From NCBI RefSeq assembly GCF_964204645.1, contig NC_134029.1:7962850-8026849 (forward strand): 64,000 nucleotides of DNA, written 5' to 3'. Below are positions 1 to 17,587 of this stretch, piece after piece (positions within the stretch are counted from its first letter, which is position 1; every line of letters starts with the position of its first letter). Source of the DNA: Tubulanus polymorphus. Lineage: Eukaryota; Animalia; Nemertea. The notes beneath the pieces are model-generated. The model made no database searches, was not told where the DNA came from, and saw only the letters and a list, made by a program, of their open reading frames with translations. A program made the position numbers and the translations under genes.

Positions 1-32
1 TGTTCATCCATTGTTTCCCTTCTGTAACTTAG

Positions 33-1368
33 GATGAAGACCACTCTCATGGACCGACAAGTAGCGCAAAAGATTTGGTTAAGTCTATAAACGAAAAATA
101 CGGTTCAAAGGGCCAGAATTGGGGATCTAGTTCAATGCCAATACCAGACAAACCGAAAGGGTAAGCGTGTACATGCGATAGTTTCTAGTACGGAATGCAA
201 TAGGCCTAATGTACTGTTGGAGTTATCTTACAGTATGCGTGGATTCTGAACAATTTTCCCAAATTGAATTTCTAGGATGCCTAAAATGAAAGAAGACGAG
301 AGACTTAAAAAACTGAAGAGAAAAATGGCAATTAGCAGTTATGCAGAGTGTTACCCTGGGTAAGTGTAGAGATTTGCTTATTCAATACTCCAGTTCTGAA
401 GTGGGTTGGTTTCCAATAGAAATCATAAGGACTTGGTTCTACAGTTCTTTGTCAAATTTGCCCAGGATAAATTCATTGTTTCAACTCTATTGTCAGTTAT
501 CATCTTGCGAGTGTTGAACTGGGTCCAGTACCATTATGAGCTGTATGTCTATTTCAAATTTGCTTGAAAGGATGTCAGGCAGCCTAGCTCAGTCAGTTTT
601 TGTAGAGCATACTTGATTTAGGTCTTAATGGGACCAGCACGGATGGGCAGCCGAACTAAAACATCGATTTCCATCCATTTCACACTGTATTGAAAGATTG
701 TCAGAGAGTTGAAATAGACGTTAGCCTGATCGACCGGGATCCGGCTCAGGGAACTTTATTTTTGAATTTTTCCTAGCTGTTGATTTTTCCTTGTTTGAAT
801 AACTGATATTCATCGATGTATTTTCTAGAATGGCCGAGTCAGCAGATGCTATCGATGATTCCGATGATGAAGTAGACTATACAAAAATGGATATGGGAAA
901 TAAAAAAGGCCCAGTTGGCAGATGGGACTTCGACACGCAAGAGGAATATAGCGATTATATGGCCAACAAAGAAGCGTTACCAAAGTAAGAGATTGAATTA
1001 TTAGTCTTGGTCTATGTACATTTTAGTTTTGTTTGTCTTGACTTAGAATAGCATGAAAATTCGATCCAAGCCTAGCACTGGAACCATAATATTTTGTTGG
1101 CGATAGATGGCAAACATTTGAGTGGAAATTTTTCCCAGTGCTAGCTTTTCTAGCGTTAATATGAATAAGTGTTAATGGAGCGCGATTTCTGAAACATTTG
1201 GTATTGTTTGTTGCTTTCAGAGCTGCCTTCCAGTATGGAGTCAAAATGGCCGATGGCAGAAAAACGAGGAGAGCTGGACCAAAAGACGAGAAGGCTCAAT
1301 TGGATCGGGAATGGCAGAAGATTCAAAACATCATTCAAAAACGTAAAAAGACTGGCGAAGGATACTAA
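33..1368 (+). CDS. IK: Protein Red / IK cytokine (spliceosomal RED), last four coding exons; gene starts before the window
   Basis: Exons 33-160, 276-359, 829-984 and 1221-1368 have GT-AG borders and stay in frame. They encode SYAECYPG, DDSDDEVDYTKMDMGNKKGPVGRWDFDTQEEYSDYMANKEALPKAAFQYGVKMADGRKTRR and LDREWQKIQNIIQKRK, the RED C-terminal domain. AATAAA at 1553. Confidence 0.93.
545..723. mobile_element. MITE in IK intron
   Basis: TIRs atgtctatttcaa...ttgaaatagacgt; same family as the outer element at 8635-8850. Confidence 0.6.
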
Positions 1369-3738
1369 ACTAAGCACTAATACAGAATGCTTTCTCTTAA
1401 GTTATTTTATCGGTTGACCAGCATTAAATGATCGAAAAATATTCATTTCTCGAAGAGATGTTTTATTTTTAAAGCAGTTTATCATTCACTGTACAGTCAT
1501 CATAGTTTACAACTCTTGCTTGAATCTTGTTGTTGAAATTAAGTATTTTGTAAATAAACCTCTACATGTATAAGTGAAGTGTTAGCGTTTAGTTCCTGCA
1601 TACATCGTCAATAACGCGCTGGATCCAGTTCCACATTTCCAACTTAAAATTCAACTTTATATACCCGTATTCAAATATTGGTTCGTTTCTGGTCTGTTTG
1701 ACACCGAGTGGGAATTCAACCTTCAACTGTGAAACATATTCCTGTGGTCCTGGGGCCGGTTCCATAGTAATCCGGCCCCTGGATCATAGTAAAATGTAGG
1801 AATAGCGGGAACAAACAATTGGCAAAACAGAATCCTCACCGAACTCGGACCAGCGAAATCAGTCTGGAGTAAGTGAAGTCAGAGTTAAGGATAGGAAATG
1901 TTTTCTTTTTTGTCTGAGTTAGTAAAAAGTTACTCTGATTGGATGTTTATTGCCATTAGTCTGGACCTTGCGTATTCATTTGAGGATATCGTGGCAAGGA
2001 ATAAACAACTGTATCAAAATGTGTGAGTTAGTTCCAGGCAACATCCCTTCTGTTCTTATCCCTATAGAGAACTAGTGAATTGGTATCTGGTGTGGTTTAT
2101 CCTTTACATCAGATCTGTGCATTTACCGATTAAACTCCAAATGTACCGGTACATAACATTTTTGAAGTGCAACTTTGGGCGAGTTTTGGAACTCCTGTGG
2201 CAGTAAGTAATTTATTATGACCAAACGCTAAGGGCATGGTATTTAGTAAATCCCAGCAAATTTTACATAGCTGTTGTCAAGTCTTGTCTCCTCATGTTTG
2301 TTGGACTACGAAATTCTATACTCAAGAAAGTCGAGAATGATTGGATTCTTGACACTTCCCACAGAGACCAACTTTACTTCAGAAGCAGAATCTCTCAAAT
2401 TGGTATTTCAGTAGCAATTGAGATGCAATCCTTCAAGTCAACGAAACAACAAAAGTTGAAAGTGCATAACTGTTATACATGTACATACAAATATTTATTC
2501 ACAAAACTCTCAAAAATATATGACATACCGGGTACTTTGTATACAATATTCAGCATTATTAATCACCAGATATCTACATGATTGTCAAAACAAACATCTT
2601 CAACGCAATTTGCAACCATCTAAAATACAGTAAACTCTACCTTAAAATTTCACATCGGTTGAATAGTACTACTTTTGAGACAATTCAATAAACATATTCA
2701 TCATTTTGAGACGCGGTCGCTGTAGTTGACCTCTCTTAGGTCTTATCAGACCTGAAAAACCCGCTAGAGTCTACTGTATTTGACAAACGCCAATAGATAA
2801 CAAAATCCCTAGCTATATCCGATCAGGAAGTCTGATGAGGAGGTCCGCTCAAGATAATAACACTTGAATTGACCACTTGCTCAATACTACTTGGAAGAAC
2901 AACAGTTATCGTCAACAAACAATTAAAGGGTATAGCAAACAAATACCAATTTACTGGAATGGAAGGTTAGTGTTTATCAAACAATAATATTTGATCACAG
3001 AACAGTTAACTATATCAGCTGTATAGTATGATTATCTGGTAAATACAAAATAACATATTAATATATATTTGCTATAATATATTTGAGTCACTGATATGTA
3101 TTAACAAGACAAAGCAGCCTAGCTCTCATCGAACACGTAAAACGGCGATAGAAATATTCAAAACAGCATATTGACTACATCGATCAATAACAGATAAACA
3201 TTTATCATTTGAACAAAAGTTAAGATAGCATGAGATGACAACAAAGACTCTTTCCTCTTCAACTTTAGTTCAAAATTCGAAATTTTACCAAATGGAATCC
3301 ATGAACAAGAAACCGCTGGTCCCAATAGTCGATTCTAGTCAGGAGTCATATGCTGTCGGCTAAAATATGTAGTAACAAGACAGATATATTCATCCCCCAA
3401 AAGTAGTTTCATTTTGATAAAAGCCATAACAAATAAAACTGTGTACCGCAATAAGCGCCAGATACAAGTACCAATACTTAACATAAATGTATAAACGACT
3501 AACGCTCAATGTACAACATCTGCCACCGTACAGCGTTTATATCTTGTAGTGTATTTCTAAAAAAGTCCTGAATAAATTTTAAAATACATTACGAACGTTA
3601 AACGATTAAAATCAGTTTTCAAACTTTCAGAATCTGCTTCCGGTATAGATTTGTTTTCTCAACTTGAGAGATCACTTCAGAGATGAAAGCTGGCTAACAT
3701 AAAAGAAATATGTTTGAATAGCAGCCTAGATTCTTCGG

Positions 3739-6700
3739 TTAACTTGCGGTTTCAGCTGTTGTAAGCTTTTGTTCTTCAACGGTCGAATCAGTTGTACCAG
3801 AAGTCGGATCACCATTTTCTAATAGACGATTGTCATTATTAATCATCGTTTCGTTTGCTGTAGGAACATTTTCACTTGAACCTGTCAAAAAAATCAAGAA
3901 ATAATATCATAACGATTTAACTCTTCTTACATGATCTTTAACTACTCTTCTTTCCAAAAACATTGAAGAAGCAACTGATTTGAGATATTGTTGATGTAAC
4001 AAAGTAAATGTCAGTCCCACTATCTGATGATAGGGTTCCCGAAGAAGCAGATAGATGAGAAATTCATGAAAATTGAGGCTGGCAAAAATTCAGGATCGGA
4101 AAAATATATTAGCAGGAACTCAGAAAACAATTTTCTTTTAGTCACAGCAAGTCAACAGTCTGGAAATGGTCAGATCATGAGTTAGACAAGCTTTAATGAA
4201 CCGGTATATGTGATTCATGTATTCACAAAGAACTTAGCCTTACCACGTTTGTCAGCGTCAACTGGATGAGCTAAAGTTGGAATGTCGTTACTTTTGATGA
4301 AACAATTCTGAACTATCACAAACAGAAAGAGACTGATGGCCGCTAAAATGGCCTCCGATATGAATAGCACGTGACCTCCCCATCTTTCGTAGACAAGTCC
4401 AGCAACTAGAGCACCGATTCCTAACCCTGAAAGTAATCAATTATAATATCCGATTATCATCAAAATAGCAAAAAATATTGAGTCGAATACTTCAACAACT
4501 CTATAGAATCTTGTAACGTAAGTACAAAGATACATTTCGATCCAACTTTCAAACAATAGTGGTACATGCATAGTATAGTACAAGTACTGCATACCAGTAA
4601 TACCTCACATGAACATCATTTGCCCAGTCCCAAGTTTTTCCTATCGAAAATACATACATCAGTACCTCCCTATAGCAAACAACAAACAGTTTCTGGTACA
4701 GAATTTTCAATTTACCTCCATATAGTGAACAGTGGTAATTGTGCCAACCCGGCTAATAAGTCAATTGGCTATTCAAAATACTCATTCTGTTCAGGTATTG
4801 TTTAAAACTAACTTGACAAGTTGTGACCGCTTATTCCTTGTGTTATTGACAAGATTAGTCATTGAAATCAAATGAAAGTATATTTCAGTAATGATATAGG
4901 GCGTTTAGCTTTACATGTAGTTGTGGTATTATAGGAGGATTCTAGGGGTTCCCCCACGTCATCATACGCAGACCCTCCCCTCCCTATAGGCGGCCTCTAT
5001 AGTGAACATCTCCGATAGTGAACTCTTTTTGCTCGGTTCCACAGGCATTCACTTACAGAACTTTTAATGTACATCTAGAACAACCACCCCCTGATATGGC
5101 GAATGGCAGGGTTAATTCACCAGTGAATGTATGATCGACAATTGACGAGGCATGAAGTAGAGTTGTACTAAAGCAAGAAGATACTACGTCGACCGCCTAA
5201 TTTTGCTATAAATGAAAACGAGCTTACCGAATCCGAAATGCGTGCCGCTAACCAGTCCTTGTAGCGTCCCGCTCATTCCGGGAGGACTGATTTTGGCAGC
5301 GTACGTCGACGCAGCCGTGTACATCAGACCGAACGTCAAACCGTGCAACAATTCCACGGGTAAAATAAACCATGGATTGAACAAAAACGCTATACACAAC
5401 AGACGTATAATGAACGCGACGTACGCTACGTACAAACAGGCGATTTCGCCGAGTTTCTGGATGATTCGACCGGCGACGAAAAGCACCGGCACTTCGCCGA
5501 TGCAAGTCATCATAATCGACAGCGACAACACGAGCGGCTTCGCGTGCAAATCTTCTAAATGCCAGAACATGTAAAATATGACAGACGCGTACAGAAACCC
5601 GAACATGAAAACGCAACAGAGGAAACAAACGATGTGCAAACGCTTGAGTAAACGCGATACGTTCGTCAGAATCTTCGAACAGTGGAAATTCTTCGGCACG
5701 CGTAGCCGCGACGACGCGAACATCGCACCGACCATAATCGAGGCGTACAGGTAGATGTTCAACGAGAAGTCGTTCGTCGTGCCGCGGCCGGCCTGGTACG
5801 CCGCGATGACGAACCCGATCACGGCCGATATCCCGCCGAATCCGATAGTACCCCACAGACGCTGGTTACCCCATAGGTGGCGCCGCTCTTCGTCGAGCAT
5901 GTCGTACGCGATGCCATCCGTTAAACTGCTACACGGCGAAAACAACGTGTGAGCGATTAAAACGATCGCGCACGTCAGCCAGAACGTCGCGCCATAACGT
6001 TCCTTTTTTTCCAAATTCTTTTTCAACTCAGGCGCGAATTTCAGGCATCGGGTATTGTCACATTTGAATGAACAATCGAGTTCGTTATCGCCGTCACCAC
6101 AAGTCAGCCTTTCGTAAACATTGGAAATATATTGCAAATCGTTCAAGTAATACTTCGCGCATGTTTCGTTCAATTGAAATGGCAAAGAAGACGATGCGCG
6201 TTTTAATTCGCCGTCATTTTCGAGCATTTCAATTGCGACTCGTGTCTCCGTCGATGAGAAGTTTGTATTGTCAATGATGTTAACCCCGATGTTAAACCGT
6301 CCACTTTTCGTATCGACACTTCTATCGCAGGTGGATATATTTCCAGCACCGGATGGCGCATTTTCTAAGTATTCATACAGGCAGATTCGGTCATTTTTCG
6401 AGGCGCCGCAATCAACCGAACATCGAACCAGATCGTACCGACCATTTATCGACGTATTACAATTTCCCTGGTGTAGGATTTTGTCGATAAAACTTCGACA
6501 TGCGTGAACACCCTCCGTTCGACACGTTAAATTCGTCGAGACGCTAAACGTAGTCGTAATCGGAGTCACCGCGGGTACCAATAACAGGCATAAATGTACC
6601 AAACCGTTCGTGAGACAGCACAGCATCAGTATAAGCTTGTGGCGGTTGATTTTGTCGGCGAGCATGCCGAACAACGGACGGAATATGAAGCTAAAAAACG

Positions 6701-7001
6701 GCATCAGCCCGGTGATAATCGAAACTTCTGACGCCGAAAGCCCGATTGAACGGAAAAATACGGACAGATATGGAAGTAAAACGGCAACACCTGAAAATGA
6801 AGACAAAAACTAGAGATAGACACTACTAGTACTACTACACAACTACAGAAATTGTGAAGAAAATGTATTAAATGTTGAGAATTTTTTAGTGCGCTGTGGG
6901 ACTTAAATACCAGCAAAAAATACGAAGTACCAGACTTTCACTGGTAATAAATGCCTATCGACAGTCATCCTGCGACGTAATTCTTCCCATCTCTGAGCCA
7001 T
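3739..7001 (-). CDS. MFSD6: MFSD6-like major facilitator superfamily transporter (~659 aa)
   Basis: Exons 7001-6911, 6790-5228, 4426-4244 and 3881-3739 are in frame (1980 nt). Motifs LLPVKVWYFVFFAG, RPLFGMLADK, WGNQRLWGTIGFG, PVELLHGLTFGL and GTLQGLVSGTHFGFGLGIG, plus a large Cys-rich loop after TM3. Confidence 0.88.
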
Positions 7002-7324
7002 TTTCGAGCCTGAATATTGATCTGCTAAACGAGAACAGCTGATAAATCCATCTTGTGTTGCAGACTCTGGCACGTGAGTTTATGCTCTTGGCGCCGTCTT
7101 GCGGAATTTTTGAAAATCCTCATGAATATATATGAATTACATGAATTGTATCTAATCATCATAATTATGGCACATTTGTTGATAAATCCGATTATAAAAA
7201 TCGGTGTGTTTGTACGACCAAATAAAATGAAATTGGATTGAATTGGTCCACAATAGTTTAGTTGATTGAATTGAATATCCAAAAGCCGGCTTCGTAATTT
7301 TTTATTCCTGAAAGGAAAACGACG
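7002..7324. promoter_or_regulatory. Putative compact bidirectional promoter / 5' UTR region of MFSD6-like and sarcalumenin
   Basis: The two ATGs are only 324 bp apart and face away from each other. A + strand donor (cac|gtgagt, 7074) and acceptor (tttttattcctgaaag|, 7314) suggest a 5' UTR intron of SRL. Confidence 0.5.
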
Positions 7325-12313
<4,989 letters not shown>

Positions 12314-13099
12314 GGTCATATTTGATTTAGCAATTTCTGAAAAATCATTTCTCTAGTCTCAATATATGTACTCTTGACTGTCTCTTAGATTCGACACCAC
12401 GACCCAGTTCCACAGTTCTGATTCAGGATTTGACTCTTGAGTTAACCAACTCATTGAAAATGAACTAACATTAACTCAAGAGTTAACTCATGACTGTACA
12501 ACTGGATCCAGACTTTAATCTATATATATTTCAGTTTTGATTTTGATTTTATTTATATGTTGTACGTTTCACATTTTCATAGAAATCTTTGTGTCTGAGG
12601 AAAAAATGATTGAATGTTGGAAGTGGCTGAAATTTTGTGTGATATGCTTTTAAACATGATTTCACAAGTATTAGAATACCATTGCTGAAGATTATACCAT
12701 GATATGTTTTATATGGATATATATTTGTTTTAGATTATGACAAGCATTCCACAATTCACAATACATCTAAAATCTTTATGTTGTTAAAGAAATAAATTTT
12801 ATGAATCACTTGAACCCGTTTTCTTGCTTACTGCAGTTGATTTTTATGGTGAAGTGTTGATATCACAGGACTATTTGAAAAGTTGGATAGTTGACACAGT
12901 GACTATGAGAAGTTGATTGCTAAACACAGAAATACAGTGATAGCACTGGACTTTGTTAACTCTACTCATTTAAACCTTTTCGAGCAACTGGTTATGACAC
13001 ACACATAAATGATTGGATTAGTAGTCAAATTTGTTCACCCCAAAAACCTTAGCGTCTGATGTACTCATCATAGAGTGACTGAGATCACTGTGGATTAGT

Positions 13100-13433
13100 T
13101 CTACCGGCAACCACGGCCGGCAGTGATCAGGATGGATAATCCATTTTGGACAATTCATATTAGCCTCTGATTCAGATTCTAATTATAACACAAAAAGTGA
13201 CTCTTTATTTTGAGATGGTGAATGTTCAAAAAATGTGTCCGACGTTCCTGAATAATGATTTGAGTGTTTCACGATTGACATTTAATGGTTTCACTGACAA
13301 TAACCCGTAAAAAACATCAAATGGTTTCTGGGGGTAATTAGTTGCACTGACAGGGCTATCGCCACTAGAAACTAACCTCGACCTTGTGGTGTTGTCACTT
13401 GTGAATTTATCGAGAGTTTTGATCAAATCCACG
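13100..13433 (-). pseudogene. Possible decayed RRM-domain gene fragment
   Basis: LLSVKPLNVNRETLKSLFRNVGHI, then across frameshifts NIHHLK..FVFI..LESESEANM..SKMD. This follows the beta1-alpha1-beta2-beta3-alpha2 pattern of an RRM but needs several frame changes. Confidence 0.3.
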
Positions 13434-13659
13434 CTGATCAGAATACAGAATAACTATGGGAATTATCGCTAGACTCGGCTCAAAGCATTTCCAACAAATG
13501 AAAAATTGGTAAGAGATTTTATACCGAAATGATGGCGTCAAAAATGTGCATTTCATTTCGAGAAATAGTCTGTGCGTACTGCGTTTACTCTTCTGGCTGC
13601 TGTTTAAATGATCAAATTTAGTAGTAAAATTTGCACTATGATGGACTAGACACTGGGCC

Positions 13660-15125
13660 CAGTGTAGTTACCTAATCGTTGGTGGTAAGTTTTTTAGCTA
13701 GTGTTATTAAAGATTAGTGTTATGGTAAGGTTAGGTATAGAAACCATTAGGGACAACTGTCAACTGCAGTCATACCCAGATATGGGGCCAAATTCGGTTT
13801 TCGTATCTAGTCGACTAGTGGTTGGAACTAATAACTGAATGCTTGATTTCGAACTATTTCCGGAATATAGTTCCGACTAACCTATTTAGTTACCCAATCG
13901 GGTTAGTTAGTTACCTAATCGTTGGTGGTAAGCTTTTTATAATCGGATGGGCTTATACCAACGTTAGGGATGACAAGGGCCAAAACTCGGTTGAAAAAAG
14001 TAACACTTCAAAAATATACTTTCTATTCACTTCAGTCCATAATTAATGGCTTAATTCACAAACTAACACAGGTACCTTTCGAAATAATCCAATTTTATGT
14101 ATGTTTCGAGTGATTAATCAACAAGCAAATTTCGCCATTAGCCGCCATTTCTCTGTATTGCACATGTGGCATGATAAGACAAGGGGACCTACAAGGATTT
14201 TTATAAAACTTCCAAGACGAAACGACAATTTTTATTTTTGATGGTTTTCCAACTTACATTTCAAATCTTCGTGTTTTCTAAGATAAATAATGAAGTAATA
14301 AATTTTGGTAAAAGAAAAATGGGAATAAGTGTTGATTTCTTAATTTTTTCAATTTCGTCGTTTCGCTTCGTGAGTTTGTGCTGTTGTCCTGGCCTCAGTC
14401 CACAGGTGCCAGCACCTCCAGTAATTTTCAAAATGGCAGCTGTTGACTGGACGGAAATTTACTCTCACTTTACGGCCGATTTGCACATGGATTAAGATCG
14501 TCAGGTGAGGTGTTATAGGTATCAGACAAACTACGAATCTGTTGTACGTCGATTACAGCAAAAATTAGACGGATATCTTAAGAGACAATGAAATGCCAGG
14601 CAAATTACTCGTCAGTCAAATTGGCTGACGAAGATTTCATACAAAAATGACCTTCCCATTCCTGACTGTGGTTTGTGAAAATATCCGATCGTGAAACTAA
14701 ACCACAGACAGGTTACTGACTACCAATCGGGTAAGATTCAAGAATAGGGGACTAGTGGTTAGGATTAGGGTTAGGTTTAGTTCCCTAATCATCATTAATT
14801 ACTATATACATTACTATCATTATATATCATCATTATCAATTACTAATATTATTACTTAATTGATTACTATCACTACATATATATTGCTATAGTCCCCTAT
14901 TCTTGAATCGCACCCCTAATCGTTGGTGGTAAGCTTTTTATAATCAGATGGGCTTATACCAACGATCCCATACAAAAATGACCTTCCCATTCCTGACTGT
15001 GGTTTGTGAAAATATCCGAACGTGAAACTAAACCACAGACAGGTTACTGACTAGTCTAGTACCTAGCCGTCATTCCCCATAATGGGTTATAGGGAACCAG
15101 TAACAGCGACTGGTTTTCAGACTAA
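13660..15125. repeat. Cluster of dispersed-repeat fragments (tagttacctaatcgttggtggtaag / catacaaaaatgaccttcccattcctgactgtgg family)
   Basis: Copies at ~13665, 13905-13962, 14638-14722 and 14917-15054; inverted pair gattcaagaataggggacta (14735) / tagtcccctattcttgaatc (14890). A full copy lies on the - strand at 33725-33874. Confidence 0.75.
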
Positions 15126-16496
15126 CCCATCCTAGGCTGTCACCATGCATATGTGGGTCTTTGATTTAAGAGGTAACCGCAGTTGGAAAAGAAAAAGCTA
15201 AGATGGTTTAGACCAGTCTTATATCTACAGCCATGATTGTGCAACTTTTTAGGTGTAGGCCTACATCGTAATGACCCTGGTTTTCTTGTGTTTTCAGGGT
15301 TCCTACTCTGACAACATTAGGAGGTACAGCAACTTTGGTCGGTCTTTACTTCACCGACTGGAAACTTATATGCCAGTTTATACCTATCTATGGATCTAAA
15401 TATAAGGCTGAAGAATAAGACGTCATTTATTTAGGAATTAGAAACAGCCATTAATATATTAGTAATACAGGTAAATGGAACAAATTATAATGCAATGAAA
15501 TCGAGCCCTTAAAAGAAATGGAAACTTTTATCGTATTCATTTGACTTTTTCAGAACTCGAAAACTACAATGATGCTAGAATTTAAGGACAACTTTTCCCG
15601 GCAAAACTAATGGCAGTTACAATAAATAGCGTTAAAACAATTTTTTTCTATAATATAGTGTGTTAATATGCGTGCGTTAATAAATTGAGGCGTTAATAAA
15701 TTGAGGATTTGTTATTCTACTCCGAGTCGTTTCACTTTTCCAACGGAAAACGAGTGTATTTTCCTGTCAATGTCTTTACTTCTGTGGCAGTATGGCCACT
15801 ATCTACTCAAGTATCTAGCTGTTGTTTCCCATCCTCCCTCGGCAATCAAGGAGAACCTTTAACAAGGGTTTTCAGACTGCCGGCCACATACCTAGACATG
15901 CGTAGAATTACCACACCGGAACGTGGAGAACAAATAATGAGATAAAAACCAACTATATGCCGATTAAAAGTTTTAAAAAATCGAGAATTATTCTATCAAA
16001 AATTGAGAGATGGCACGGCGTTTTCGGTTTTGGGGAGTTGTGGTAGATGTGTCGTGCACTGACTTGGGGCGCCGTTATCTACGTCCGGGCAAAAATTCAA
16101 CCCTGGTACGCGAGTGTAATTCGACCTCTGGCAACTGAGTTCGTTGCGAGCAAAATAGGTTCGAATCCTGAATTTTAAAACGATTGGAATGTATAATTGC
16201 ACGCATATGAATGCTCACTTGGCATGATCCCTTTGAATAACAATCTTTATTAACAAAAATGATTTTGGATTCAAATTTCAAAATCCTTGCTAGATAATGA
16301 TCTGCTCTCATTTTTTTCAATCACATGCAAGTGAAAGGAATGGAAGATCTTGTCGTACTTTGATAATTGTAATTGGGTCGGCTGATCATTTTCTAATTTT
16401 AGAATTCACAATATCTAGCTTTTTAGACCGACGAAAGTTTAAGTTTATTGTCGGTTTCGCCCAAGCAATCACGTAGGCCTACACCTAGCACTGAGG

Positions 16497-16796
16497 ATGT
16501 CGTCAATTTCAGGCGCGGCATTAGCGGCCACATTAGCAGCTGCCGAAAATGCTACTGAAAGCGTCTTAACCGCCGTCGACACTGGAATGAAAGCTTTGAG
16601 AGAACTATCGGAAATCTATTTCGAAAACGAAGGAATAATCGCATTTTGGAACGACCAGAAAAAACGCGACGCAAGAGCAAAAAAAGAGAAAACTTATCGT
16701 CACGGACGTTTTACCGTCGATAAAGACGATGGAACTTGGTACGGCTGCCTCACACAAGTAGCTTGTTTGGCTAAAGGCTACTCACCAGACTTTTAA
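16497..16796 (+). CDS. Orphan 99-aa protein, unknown function
   Basis: ATG-initiated ORF, more GC-rich than its flanks, with protein-like composition: Ala-rich helical N-half and an aromatic/Cys C-half (HGRFTVDKDDGTWYGCL). Candidate acceptor ctttttag at 16426. No family recognised. Confidence 0.5.
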   Translation: MSSISGAALAATLAAAENATESVLTAVDTGMKALRELSEIYFENEGIIAFWNDQKKRDARAKKEKTYRHGRFTVDKDDGTWYGCLTQVACLAKGYSPDF

Positions 16797-17587
16797 TTCA
16801 CACAACAAAACAACCGTTGAAAACCATGCATATCACTGGAATATATAAAACAATATACTTGCTTTCGAAGGAACGACGATGGTATGGTGTATTTAGGGAA
16901 TAAGTTAGAATGTAGTGAAAACAATGAATAAAGGTGATTACACATACTGCTTCATGGATTCTTTATTTTCATTCTGCAAATCTGTAGGACTTGTAATTGA
17001 CTATTTCTGGAGTTATCTCCATTATGTAAGCGACGAAACTAAGATAAACACGGGTGTATATTTGTACATATCATATTGTGGTAGTTTTTTTGTAACAACA
17101 AATCATGGATTGCACTGTCGGAAATATACTTGCAGTCGATTTATTGCGTGGTCTAGATTTGATATCAGACTTTTTATCGGGCTGGAAGGTCTTAGAATGG
17201 AATGAAATTTGTTTTGGTGGAGATCCGAAGTCACTCGTTGAAACCGATCCAAAATGAAAGTTTTTAATGGCATCAAAAGTAGCCTGAGGTATAAGCAGCT
17301 GATATGAAATAAAAATCATCGTATCGAATGGCAGGATTCGTCTTAATTGGACAAATTGGAAAAGCGGAACGATAATTATGACTCTAATTTACCGAATTAC
17401 GGTTAATTGAACCTACGAGCAAATTTATCTCAAGCTTATTTCCCCGTAGACTTAATAGATTAGATGGGGGACAGGGTGTGGTCGTCTACTATATCTGCAT
17501 TGGTATTCGATGATGGAATTCCAAATATTTTTCTAACGGCCACCACCACAGTCGTGGTAGCTGGACAGCGACGAACCGTGGTTGTTT

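Noticed and set aside
2833-2860. CTGATGA hammerhead-like start (also at 4024 and 32799)
   Set aside because: No properly placed stem II plus GAAA and cleavage triplet.
5212-5952. Several 65-202-aa ORFs overlapping the MFSD6-like exon
   Set aside because: By-products of CpG-rich codon usage.
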